Part shown: one piece after another, positions 20,060-28,664 of the stretch
How the letters are laid out: every line of letters starts with the position of its first letter
Numbering within the stretch: position 1 is the first letter of the stretch
Assembly (NCBI GenBank): GCA_965649055.1
Contig: CBFGJG010000004.1
Location: forward strand, 1-64,000
DNA: 64,000 bases
From: a candidate division WOR-3 bacterium
GTDB lineage: Bacteria > Hydrothermota > UBA3072 > B12-G15
Direction: 5' to 3'
The notes under the pieces: generated by a model
The model's input: the letters and a program-made list of their open reading frames with translations, nothing else
Database searches by the model: none
What the model was told of the DNA's origin: nothing
Program-made: the position numbers and the translations under genes

Positions 20060-20172
20060 GTAGCAATCGAACTCCCGTAAGATCGGGATTGCAACCGCAT
20101 CGATGAAATCGCTCAACTTCATAGCGTTCCTCCTTTGTAGCAATCGAACTCCCGTAAGATCGGGCTCGAAAT
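20060..20172 (+). CRISPR. Orphan mini CRISPR array: 2 repeats (36 nt) and 1 spacer (41 nt)
   Basis: GTAGCAATCGAACTCCCGTAAGATCGGGATTGCAAC at 20060-20095; second copy at 20137-20172 with a degenerate 3' end; TCCCG/CGGGA hairpin; ATTGCAAC end; AT-rich leader upstream. Confidence 0.8.
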
Positions 20173-20175
20173 AAT

Positions 20176-20320
20176 GGGGACTAGGGATTAGGCATTAGGG
20201 ACTGGTATATAATAAGTTTATATTTCGATAAAGAATAGATGTGAGAATATAAATAAAATGCTTACAAGACTTTATAAGTCTATTAAATAACTAATCCCCA
20301 GTCACGAGTCCCCAGTCCCT
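20176..20320. repeat. Inverted tracts of tandem heptamers (RGGGAYT-like)
   Basis: GGGGACT-AGGGATT-AGGCATT-AGGGACT at 20176-20203 and AATCCCC-AGTCACG-AGTCCCC-AGTCCCT at 20293-20320. Confidence 0.8.
20216..20290 (+). pseudogene. C-terminal remnant of a four-helix-bundle (23S rRNA IVP-like) gene
   Basis: Translates to VYISIKNRCENINKMLTRLYKSIK*, resembling the family's final helix (E.I.KML..L.KSL). Confidence 0.5.
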
Positions 20321-20383
20321 AAAACACTCCCGTAATATCGGGCTCGAAATAATGGGGATTAGAGACTTGTGGAATATGGAATA

Positions 20384-20551
20384 ATGTTAGTAGATGATTT
20401 GGATGTTTTTAAATTATCACATGGAATTTTATTAAAGGTTTATGAGCTAACGAGAGAATTTCAAAAAGATAAGATATTTAATTTAACAATGCAATTAAGA
20501 CGGATATAAAGTTCTATATCTATAAATTAAATTGAGGGTGGGCAAAAAAAG
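20384..20551 (+). pseudogene. N-terminal remnant of a four-helix-bundle (23S rRNA IVP / TIGR02436-like) gene
   Basis: MLVDDLDVFKLSHGILLKVYELTREFQKDKIFNLTMQLRRI*SSISIN*IEG; in-frame stops at 20507 and 20528. Confidence 0.75.
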
Positions 20552-20858
20552 ATTGAAAGACAATTGTTAATAATTTTTTTGATAATTTGAATCCTTATAT
20601 AAACATTTTATAAATTTCAATCAGGTATTATTAATAGTCTGGTTAAACTATTTTCCTTAGAGTGTTTTACAATTTATAAACTCATCTGGAATTTCATTAT
20701 TCAAAATATCAAATAAGCCATTTATTAGAAGATTCACATTAGCAATATTAATTTGGTTTCTTTCTTATATACAGATTAACAAAAAGGTGAATGGGCAGAT
20801 TTTTAATGGTTAAGATAGCAATATATTTTGGGAAAATTAAAAAATAACAAAGATTTAT

Positions 20859-20886
20859 TTGACAAAAATTTTTTTAACTTTACAAT
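20859..20886 (+). promoter_or_regulatory. Sigma70-type promoter for the C25 peptidase gene pair
   Basis: TTGACA-N16-TACAAT followed by AGGAGG and the ATG at 20909. Confidence 0.7.
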
Positions 20887-20908
20887 AATAAATAAACAGG
20901 AGGTATTT

Positions 20909-21496
20909 ATGATTCTCTTATTCGTTTTAATAAATACAGATTTCACCTATATTTTAAAGTGTTCAGAACCTGAAATTATCTCTGAAAATGGATATGTGAA
21001 ACTATCTTTGACTGATTATAATTATTTAAGAATTCCTGGTAAACCTGAAATGCCGTTTAAACCAATTGTATTTCTTCTGCCACCTGATGCAATCTTTAAA
21101 ACAATTTCTTTTGAATTACTTGATTCGACAATAATAGACCTTCATAACCTTATATTTCCTGCTCAAAGATATATACCATTTTTTAAAGATAGTAAGGTAG
21201 AAAGGGTTGAACCTGATAAAAATGTATACAGTTCGAATGAACCTTATCCCGGGATATTAATAAAGAGTTTCGGAGAAAGCAGGAAAGGCGTCTTCAGACT
21301 TTTGACAATTAATATCTATCCAATCCAGTATATACCAGCGCTTAACAGGTTAATTATATACGATATCAAGTTAAGAATTGAATATGAAAACTCTGACAAA
21401 TTCGTGAAGATAAACAGAAATCAATTTGAATTCCATAAGAAGGGTGTTGAGAAGTTAGTAATAAATCCAGAAATGATTGATTATTACAGGAGGTAA
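20909..21496 (+). CDS. Stand-alone gingipain (peptidase C25) propeptide-domain protein
   Basis: PGKPEMP, IFPAQ, VYSSNEPYP, INIYPIQYIP and LVINPE motifs; the RBS favours start 20909 over 20828. Confidence 0.8.
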   Translation: MILLFVLINTDFTYILKCSEPEIISENGYVKLSLTDYNYLRIPGKPEMPFKPIVFLLPPDAIFKTISFELLDSTIIDLHNLIFPAQRYIPFFKDSKVERVEPDKNVYSSNEPYPGILIKSFGESRKGVFRLLTINIYPIQYIPALNRLIIYDIKLRIEYENSDKFVKINRNQFEFHKKGVEKLVINPEMIDYYRR

Positions 21497-21498
21497 GG

Positions 21499-24372
21499 AT
21501 GAAAAGATTATTTCCGATATTTTTTATAAGCCTTTTCATATATCCACAAAGTTTAAAGATACTATATGAACCATTAGAGGGTGTTCCACTTTACCCGGCA
21601 AAAACCACACCTTTAATGAAAGAGATTAATGTCTTAGAAACAAGGCAAAGCCCTGTTAATTTTTATAGAACATCTTCTCATCATCCTGATAAAATTGGAC
21701 ATACAGATTTTAAAGAAATATACGGAAGACCTGTTGTAAATTACCCATTAGAGTTTTTAGATTCAAAGGTATCATACGATACACTCTCATACTGGAATAC
21801 TGCTTCAACAAATTTCTTTTACTGGAATCAGCCGGATAACTATGGTGATATAAATTATTCTGTCCGCTTCACACCCATTAACAATGGAACATTGAAAAGT
21901 GCGATATTCTGGTTCTATAATCTTGTAGGTTCTGGTAATATAAGGATTCATGTATGGAATGATAATTGGGGTTATCCTGGAACAGAACTCGGGTATGTTG
22001 ATTTTCCAACATCAGGTATAGCCGGCTGGCCTTATGGAACTATAATAGATCTTTCATCTTTAGGGATAAATGTTACAGCAGGGAACGATTTTTATGTTGG
22101 ATATTCTTTATTATCAGGTGTCAGCACCTTAGGACTCGTTTATGATACATTTGGTCTTGCACCTGAAAGATGCTATGATTATTGGCCTACCTTTAGTATG
22201 TGGGAAACATCCGACTGGATTCATGATAATATTACATGGCTTATTGAGGCAGTTGTTGAGGTTGGTGCTGGTGGACAACCTAATCTCACATATTACACAC
22301 CAACGGGATGGGATGGACCGATAGTTCCATCATCTGTATCAGGGACACACACAACAGGTCCAAATCTTCAGGGCGGTGCTACGACATATATAGACTGGGC
22401 TATTATAAATAATGGAAGTGATACTGCACTGGCAACATTCTATATTTATCTTTATTCAGATGGAATACCAATAGGAGGATGGTATACTGATTCACTTCCA
22501 CCTAACTATTATACTTATGTTGAAGATTGGACATATACATTCTCATCAGGGAATCATACACTTGGAATATTTGCAGATTCAACAAATACGATTTCTGAAA
22601 GCAATGAGACAGACAATAAATATTCGCAGGTCTTCTCATGGGGTGGAGGTGGTGGAGGAGGAATTTCAGGTGTGAAATATATTATTATCACAAGTCCGAG
22701 TTTTGTTTCATACTTTGAACCACTTGCATGGTGGAAGACCAAAAAAGGTGTCCCTGCAAAGATTGTAACTACTGATTACATATATGCAAATTATTCGGGA
22801 ACTGATAACCAACAGAAGATAAGAAATTATATATCTGCACAGGCTGATTCAGGTGTATTGTATATACTCCTTGGTGGTCAGATGGACTGGGAACATGGTG
22901 AAGGTATAGTTCCAAGAAGGGATGTTTGGTGCATGCAAAGTGGAGGTGGAGGATATCCAGATGAAGATACTATCCCAACAGATATGTATTATTCAAATCT
23001 TGATGGGAACTGGAATGGTGACGGGGATAATGTTTATGGTGAGATGGGTGATAATGTAGACCTTTATTCAGATATTGCAATAGGAAGGGCACCTGTAAAA
23101 AATACATCACAGGTTACAAATTTTGTGAATAAGGTCTTAACTTATGAAAAGAATCCACCAACAAGTTATATTAAGAAAATACTTCTTCCATCTGTGAAGC
23201 TTTTTGATTATTATTATCATGGAGTAAATTATTACGGATATGTTGTGAATAATGCAATCTCAAATATAACACCAGCAGGCTGGCAGGATTCAAAACTTGA
23301 AGATAACAATAATTCGCAGTCATGGAATTTAAGACAGGCTATAAAAGATTCACTTAATAATGGTTTCCATTTCTGCCATTTTGCAGCACACGGTGATGAA
23401 TACGGACATTACTATCTCTTAGGAAACACTGTATACAATTATTCAGATGCACAAACAATGAACAATGGAACAAAATATTCAATCATAAATGCAATTTCCT
23501 GTTTTACAGGTGCTGTTGATGAGGCAGGTTCATCTGCAAGTTATGATTGTATCGCAGAACACTATGTGAACAGGGTTTCAAATGGGGCTGTTGCAACTAT
23601 TATGAATACAAGATATGGACTTGCTTATCCACCGAGTATGGGACCATCAGAGGTTCTTGATACAACATTCTATCGCTTGATATTTCTTGAAGGGTTTTAT
23701 CACCTTGGTGAAGCACATATGGAGGCAAGGGATAGATGGGCAAGCTCTGCACAATCAGATCAGGGATTCAGATGGTGTGTTTATGAGTTAACACTTTTTG
23801 GTGACCCTGAAATGCCTATATGGACAGATACACCACAGAATATGAATGTATCTATAAATCTTGATTCACTCATTGTTGGACAGAACAATAATCTTATAGT
23901 AACAGTCCAGACTGCGAAGGCACCTGTGCAGAATGCCCTTGTCTGTCTTGCAACAAAAAACTATGATGTATATGATACATTATTAACAAATTCAAGTGGC
24001 CAGGCAAATTTCACTGTGAATCCTTCAGCTGAAGAGACAATATTTATAACTGTAACAAAACATAATTACATACCTTATGAGACATACAGACTTTCAAAAA
24101 TCTCCACAGGTATCTCTGATGATACGGGAAAACTAAACTTCTATCTTTCTTTAAATTCCGGAAAAGGAATAAATGTGAATTATGATATTCCAGAAAAAGG
24201 CGAAGTGAAAATATCTGTTTTAGATATTGTTGGAAGGAAGAAAGAGATTTACAGAAATATTGTAGAAAAAGGAAAACATAATATTGTATATAAACCAGAA
24301 AAATTCGGTGTTTATTTCATTATGCTTGAATATAAGGAAAAATCTATTCTTAAGAAGATTGTTTATTTTTAA
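21499..24372 (+). CDS. C25-family (gingipain-like) cysteine peptidase with N-terminal beta-sandwich and CARDB domains and a T9SS-like CTD
   Basis: Signal peptide; CARDB (ISESNETDNK); YIIIT, TDMYYSNLDG, IGRAPV, catalytic HG and SC, LFGDPEM; C-terminal LDIVGR...GVYFI. Confidence 0.88.
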   Translation: MKRLFPIFFISLFIYPQSLKILYEPLEGVPLYPAKTTPLMKEINVLETRQSPVNFYRTSSHHPDKIGHTDFKEIYGRPVVNYPLEFLDSKVSYDTLSYWNTASTNFFYWNQPDNYGDINYSVRFTPINNGTLKSAIFWFYNLVGSGNIRIHVWNDNWGYPGTELGYVDFPTSGIAGWPYGTIIDLSSLGINVTAGNDFYVGYSLLSGVSTLGLVYDTFGLAPERCYDYWPTFSMWETSDWIHDNITWLIEAVVEVGAGGQPNLTYYTPTGWDGPIVPSSVSGTHTTGPNLQGGATTYIDWAIINNGSDTALATFYIYLYSDGIPIGGWYTDSLPPNYYTYVEDWTYTFSSGNHTLGIFADSTNTISESNETDNKYSQVFSWGGGGGGGISGVKYIIITSPSFVSYFEPLAWWKTKKGVPAKIVTTDYIYANYSGTDNQQKIRNYISAQADSGVLYILLGGQMDWEHGEGIVPRRDVWCMQSGGGGYPDEDTIPTDMYYSNLDGNWNGDGDNVYGEMGDNVDLYSDIAIGRAPVKNTSQVTNFVNKVLTYEKNPPTSYIKKILLPSVKLFDYYYHGVNYYGYVVNNAISNITPAGWQDSKLEDNNNSQSWNLRQAIKDSLNNGFHFCHFAAHGDEYGHYYLLGNTVYNYSDAQTMNNGTKYSIINAISCFTGAVDEAGSSASYDCIAEHYVNRVSNGAVATIMNTRYGLAYPPSMGPSEVLDTTFYRLIFLEGFYHLGEAHMEARDRWASSAQSDQGFRWCVYELTLFGDPEMPIWTDTPQNMNVSINLDSLIVGQNNNLIVTVQTAKAPVQNALVCLATKNYDVYDTLLTNSSGQANFTVNPSAEETIFITVTKHNYIPYETYRLSKISTGISDDTGKLNFYLSLNSGKGINVNYDIPEKGEVKISVLDIVGRKKEIYRNIVEKGKHNIVYKPEKFGVYFIMLEYKEKSILKKIVYF

Positions 24373-24450
24373 TGGTATTTTTTAAGTTTAAAAAGTAAAA
24401 TTTTTAAAATGCTCAAAACATAGAATTTTACAGAATTTTAAAAAAAATAC

Positions 24451-24479
24451 TTGACAAAATGCAAGATTTTATATATATT
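24451..24479 (+). promoter_or_regulatory. Sigma70-type promoter of the HU gene
   Basis: TTGACA-N17-TATATT, then AAGGAGGTGA. Confidence 0.65.
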
Positions 24480-24504
24480 TCAATCAACCAAAAGGAGGTG
24501 ATTG

Positions 24505-24780
24505 GTGAACAAAAAACAGATAATTGAACAAGTTGCAAAAGATGCAGGTATTTCCAAAAAACAGGCACAGAAGTCGCTTGACTCTGTTCTTGCAAACATT
24601 CAGAAGGCACTGAAGAAAGGTGACAAGGTTACATTTGTTGGATTTGGAACATTTATGGTTAGGAAGAGGAAAGCAAGGATTGCAAGAAATCCAAGGAATC
24701 CAAACCAGACTATTAAAGTTCCTGCAAAGAAAGTTCCTGTTTTTAAAGCTGGTAACCTGCTTAAAAAATCAGTATCTTAA
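24505..24780 (+). CDS. hup: DNA-binding protein HU
   Basis: GDKVTFVGFGTF, ARNP, VPVFKAG; GTG start at 24505 or TTG at 24502. Confidence 0.93.
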   Translation: MNKKQIIEQVAKDAGISKKQAQKSLDSVLANIQKALKKGDKVTFVGFGTFMVRKRKARIARNPRNPNQTIKVPAKKVPVFKAGNLLKKSVS

Positions 24781-24784
24781 TGAT

Positions 24785-24810
24785 AGGGGGCTTTAAGCCC
24801 CCTTTTTTTT
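24785..24810 (+). terminator. Intrinsic terminator
   Basis: AGGGGGCTT-T-AAGCCCCCT hairpin followed by a T run. Confidence 0.85.
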
Positions 24811-25140
24811 ATGCAAAAAATTTTTTTAATATTCGCATTATCACTTGTTATTGAAAGGGCACTTGAACAGATAAGTGAATTTATCCCAAGAAAGAGAAGA
24901 AAAAAAGTTATGTGGTTACTTTCAATGGTATTATCACTTATAATTACTTTCATATGTAAGATAGGTGTGTTAAGAGAACTTGGGATAATTCAAGGTAATG
25001 GAATTGTCTATTTTCTTGATTATTTTCTTACAGGTTTGATAATTAGCAGTGGTTCCGAACCTGTTCATTCACTTATAATCGCACTTGAAAGCAAAAAAGA
25101 GGAATTGAAACAAAAAGTAAAAAAAATTGAGAAGAACTGA
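24811..25140 (+). CDS. Small membrane protein, unknown function
   Basis: Three hydrophobic segments, LTGLIISSGSEPVH and a charged tail; overlaps thiL. Confidence 0.65.
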   Translation: MQKIFLIFALSLVIERALEQISEFIPRKRRKKVMWLLSMVLSLIITFICKIGVLRELGIIQGNGIVYFLDYFLTGLIISSGSEPVHSLIIALESKKEELKQKVKKIEKN

Positions 25141-26014
25141 AGAAGCAATCATAGATTTCATATATAAAAAATTCAAAAATTTTAGAAAGATTAAAAAAGG
25201 TATTGGAGATGATTGTGCAATTTTAGATGATTATGCAATAACAAAAGATATATATATTGAAGGAACTCATTTTACAAAATTATTGGAACCAAAGGCTATA
25301 GGATGGAGGACATTTGCAGGTGCTTTGAGTGATATTGCAGCAGTAGGTGGGGAACCTTTTTATTTTTTATTCGGAATTGGACTACCACAGGATTACGATG
25401 AGAAATTTTTTAGAGCATTAATACAGGGGATTAAAGAATTGTCAGATATGTTTAAGGTTCAGGTAATAGGTGGGGATACTGTAAAAAGCGAAAAGATAGT
25501 TCTTTCTTATACTGTTATTGGAAGAATTAAAAAACCAATATACAGGATTGGTGCAAAAGAAAACGATAATATATACATTACAGGAAATATTGGTGGATCA
25601 AGGCTTGGATATGAATTTAATCTGAAGAATGAAAAGTTTTTATTCCCGATTCCAAGGATAAAAGAGATAAAAAATATTTTGAAAAAATATAAAATAAATT
25701 CAATGATAGATATATCAGATGGACTTGTACTAGATTCCATAAGGGTTTCAAATGAGAGTAATGTCAGATTCAATCTGTTTTCCAATTTGATTCCTTTGAA
25801 TAAAGAAGCTATAGATTATTGTAAAAAAAATAATCTGAATCCAGTGGAGTTTTGTATAAACAGTGGTGAAGAGTATGAAATACTTTTTACTTCACCTGAA
25901 AAAATAAATATGGAAGGTATTAGAATGATAGGATTTGTTTCAAAAGGAAAAGGTGTTTACCTTGATAACAGGAAAATAAAACATAGAGGTTTCAAGCATT
26001 TCGATGAAGATTAA
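25127..26014 (+). CDS. thiL: Thiamine-monophosphate kinase
   Basis: GIGDDCA, LSDIAAVGG, IGGDT, IDISDGL, GEEYEILFT. Confidence 0.92.
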   Translation: MRRTEEAIIDFIYKKFKNFRKIKKGIGDDCAILDDYAITKDIYIEGTHFTKLLEPKAIGWRTFAGALSDIAAVGGEPFYFLFGIGLPQDYDEKFFRALIQGIKELSDMFKVQVIGGDTVKSEKIVLSYTVIGRIKKPIYRIGAKENDNIYITGNIGGSRLGYEFNLKNEKFLFPIPRIKEIKNILKKYKINSMIDISDGLVLDSIRVSNESNVRFNLFSNLIPLNKEAIDYCKKNNLNPVEFCINSGEEYEILFTSPEKINMEGIRMIGFVSKGKGVYLDNRKIKHRGFKHFDED

Positions 26015-26852
26015 AAATATCTGTATTCCCTGTGCATTGGATTTTGCATACAGAACCCTTAAATTTACAGGATTTGAAGATAATGAGAAAATTATGAAGG
26101 AAATTCTAAGGGAGGTTGCTTCAATTGATTATTCTTTAACACCTGCACACCTTGGAACTATTATATCAAGAAGGATAAAAAAACTAACAGGGATAGAAGA
26201 CCCATATAAAGAAGAAAAGAAGAAACAGAATGAAATTGGGAAAAAGATATATAAGATTTTAAAAGAGATAATTTCAGGTTCAAAAAATTCAGTAGTTGAT
26301 GCAATTAAAATATCATGTGTTGGAAATTCAATAGACCTTGGCGCAACTGGAATTATAAATATAGATTTTGATAAAATAAAAAAAGAATTAAATTTTGAGC
26401 TTGAAGAGAAAAAACTAAAAGATTTTATAGAGAAACTGAAAAAAGCAAAGAGTGTATTTTTTATAAGCGATAATGCTGGTGAGATTATGTTTGATAAAGT
26501 ATTCCTTGAAGAGATAAAAGATAAAAAACTATATGTGAGTGTAAAAACCAAACCAATAATCAATGATATTACGATAGAAGAAATAGATGATACGGGAATA
26601 AAAGATTTTGCCGAGATTATAGAAACAGGAACTGATTCGATAGGTATAATGATGGATGAAGTAACTGATGAGTTTAAAAAAATATTTTTCACAGCTGATA
26701 TGGTTATTGCAAAAGGACATGGAAATTTTGAGACACTTGTTGATAGTAAAAGAGAAGTTTTTTTCATGCTTAAGGCGAAATGTGATTATGTTGCTCAAAC
26801 ACTCAAAATTTCTAAGTATTCATATTTTACAGGTAATAATTCTATTGATTAA
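26004..26852 (+). CDS. DUF89/ARMT1-like damage-control phosphatase
   Basis: CIPC, DPYKEEK, GNSID, DNAGE, IINDIT, KGHGNFETL. Confidence 0.88.
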   Translation: MKIKNICIPCALDFAYRTLKFTGFEDNEKIMKEILREVASIDYSLTPAHLGTIISRRIKKLTGIEDPYKEEKKKQNEIGKKIYKILKEIISGSKNSVVDAIKISCVGNSIDLGATGIINIDFDKIKKELNFELEEKKLKDFIEKLKKAKSVFFISDNAGEIMFDKVFLEEIKDKKLYVSVKTKPIINDITIEEIDDTGIKDFAEIIETGTDSIGIMMDEVTDEFKKIFFTADMVIAKGHGNFETLVDSKREVFFMLKAKCDYVAQTLKISKYSYFTGNNSID

Positions 26853-26867
26853 TTTTTTAAAAAGATT

Positions 26868-28664
26868 TTATATAATATCCTGTTTGAAGAGTTCTTTATA
26901 AAGTTTACATTTTTTTATTAATTCTTTATGCCTTCCATCACAGACAATTTTCCCATCATTCATAACAATAACCCTTTCAGTAATGAGGATTGTCGAAGGT
27001 CTATGTGCTATAAGTATGAGCGTTTTTCCTTTAAAAAATTCCTTCAATATTTTAGTAAATTTTTTTTCCGATACGGAATCCATACTCGATGTTGGTTCAT
27101 CCATAATTATTATATCAGGTTCTTTTAGCATTGTTCTTACTATTGATATCATTTGTTTTTCACCACCTGATAACATAGAACCTTTTTCACCAGTTTTTGA
27201 GTAAACATTCTCTCTGAGTTTTGATATTATTCTATTAAATTCAAACTTTTTGAGTGCTTCTTTCAATTCTGTTTCATTCATTTCGTCAATACCATATATT
27301 AAATTATTAAATAGTGTATCGTTAAAAAGAAAACTTTCCTGAGGTATTATCCCAATCTTTTTTCTATAACTTTCTGTCTCTATATTTCTTAAAGATATTC
27401 CATCAATTAAAATTTCTCCTTTATCAGGAATATAAAATTTAGAAAGTATATCAACAAGTGTTGATTTTCCCGAACCTGATGGTCCTACGAGTGCTATCCA
27501 TTCTCCTTTTTTTATCTCTAAGTTTATTCCTTTTAAAGCTTGATTCTCTTTATAAGAAAAATGAACATTTTTAAATTCAATCTTATCGTTGAATCCTTTG
27601 AATTTTATTTTGCCATAATATTCTTTGTTCAGGTCAGATGAAAATAATTCGAGCATCCTTGTGGACGCTGTAATTGCCTGCTGGATATATGAATTTGCCC
27701 AGAAGATTCTTTTTAAAGGTCCCATAATTGAAGCTATTGAAGCTATAAAAACAAGAAACTGGTCAGCTGAAAGTGATTTTTCAATAAAAATAAGTCTTCC
27801 TCCGATTAAAAGGAATATAACACCAATAGCAGCTGTCAAGATCTCAACCGATGGGGATGATAAACCGCTTACAAAAATATATCTTATAGTTGAATAAAAA
27901 TATGTTTTAACATTTTCCTTGAATTTCTCAGTCTCTTTATCTTCTTTTGAAAATGCCTTCATAATCTTTATACCTGAGATTGCTTCTGAAAGATTTTGAG
28001 TAATAATTCCAAAGTTATCCTGGAGTTTTTTGGACCTTTTCCTTATCTTTTTGTTTATAAAATAAAAAAATATTGTTAAAACCGGAAAAAACAATAAAGC
28101 TAATATTGTTAGTTTCCATGAGATTATAATGGAGAGAAAAAGGTAAACGAATAAAAGAAAGATTTCCCTTGTGAATACTGCAATTCCATTCACATAACCT
28201 TCTCTCAGATAATTCGCATCATTAACAAATTTTGCAATTATATCACCTGAACCTTTTTCCTTAAAGAAGCTTAAAGGCTTTCTGAGTAGATTCTGGAAAA
28301 GTTCTATCCTTATATCTTTCAATATTGATTCACCAAAATAGAAATTCATTATATTGTCAATATACATTATTAAAAATCTAAAAAGATAAATTATAACAAC
28401 TATTATTGATATTTTCTTTAAGGCTTCAAAATTGGAATAAGAAAAAACAAATCTTTGGAGGAAATTCGCAATTGGATTTAAAAAGCCGTATCTTGAAAGA
28501 AAATCTGGAACGCCACCTATTCCAAATAAAACCCTGAGTAACGGTGATAAAGTTCCAAGTGTTAATCCTTCAGAAAGAGACCTTATGAAAAGGATTAAAA
28601 TTAAAATAAGGAATTTATATTTTTCCCTAAATAAAAATCTTAGAATAAATTTTCTTTCTTCCAT
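26868..28664 (-). CDS. ABC exporter, fused TMD-NBD (MsbA-like)
   Basis: TM domain, GPSGSGKST, LSGGEKQ, DEPTS. Confidence 0.88.
   Translation of the reverse strand: MEERKFILRFLFREKYKFLILILILFIRSLSEGLTLGTLSPLLRVLFGIGGVPDFLSRYGFLNPIANFLQRFVFSYSNFEALKKISIIVVIIYLFRFLIMYIDNIMNFYFGESILKDIRIELFQNLLRKPLSFFKEKGSGDIIAKFVNDANYLREGYVNGIAVFTREIFLLFVYLFLSIIISWKLTILALLFFPVLTIFFYFINKKIRKRSKKLQDNFGIITQNLSEAISGIKIMKAFSKEDKETEKFKENVKTYFYSTIRYIFVSGLSSPSVEILTAAIGVIFLLIGGRLIFIEKSLSADQFLVFIASIASIMGPLKRIFWANSYIQQAITASTRMLELFSSDLNKEYYGKIKFKGFNDKIEFKNVHFSYKENQALKGINLEIKKGEWIALVGPSGSGKSTLVDILSKFYIPDKGEILIDGISLRNIETESYRKKIGIIPQESFLFNDTLFNNLIYGIDEMNETELKEALKKFEFNRIISKLRENVYSKTGEKGSMLSGGEKQMISIVRTMLKEPDIIIMDEPTSSMDSVSEKKFTKILKEFFKGKTLILIAHRPSTILITERVIVMNDGKIVCDGRHKELIKKCKLYKELFKQDII

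Noticed and set aside
19703..20060. Strong promoter plus boxA as the start of an rRNA operon
   Set aside because: No rRNA or tRNA sequence follows; the downstream element is a CRISPR repeat
20384..20551. Four-helix-bundle remnant as the Avd of a diversity-generating retroelement
   Set aside because: No reverse transcriptase and no TR/VR pair with adenine-specific mismatches were seen in the window
20560..20810. Possible decayed gene on the minus strand (ERNQINIANVNLLINGLFDILNNEIPDEFINCKTL), perhaps a cas remnant
   Set aside because: Multiple stops and no motif I can assign; it would need a tBLASTn or HMM search
26129..26767. 212-aa antisense ORF
   Set aside because: Shadow of the DUF89 gene on the opposite strand, with Ser/Ile/Phe-rich antisense composition
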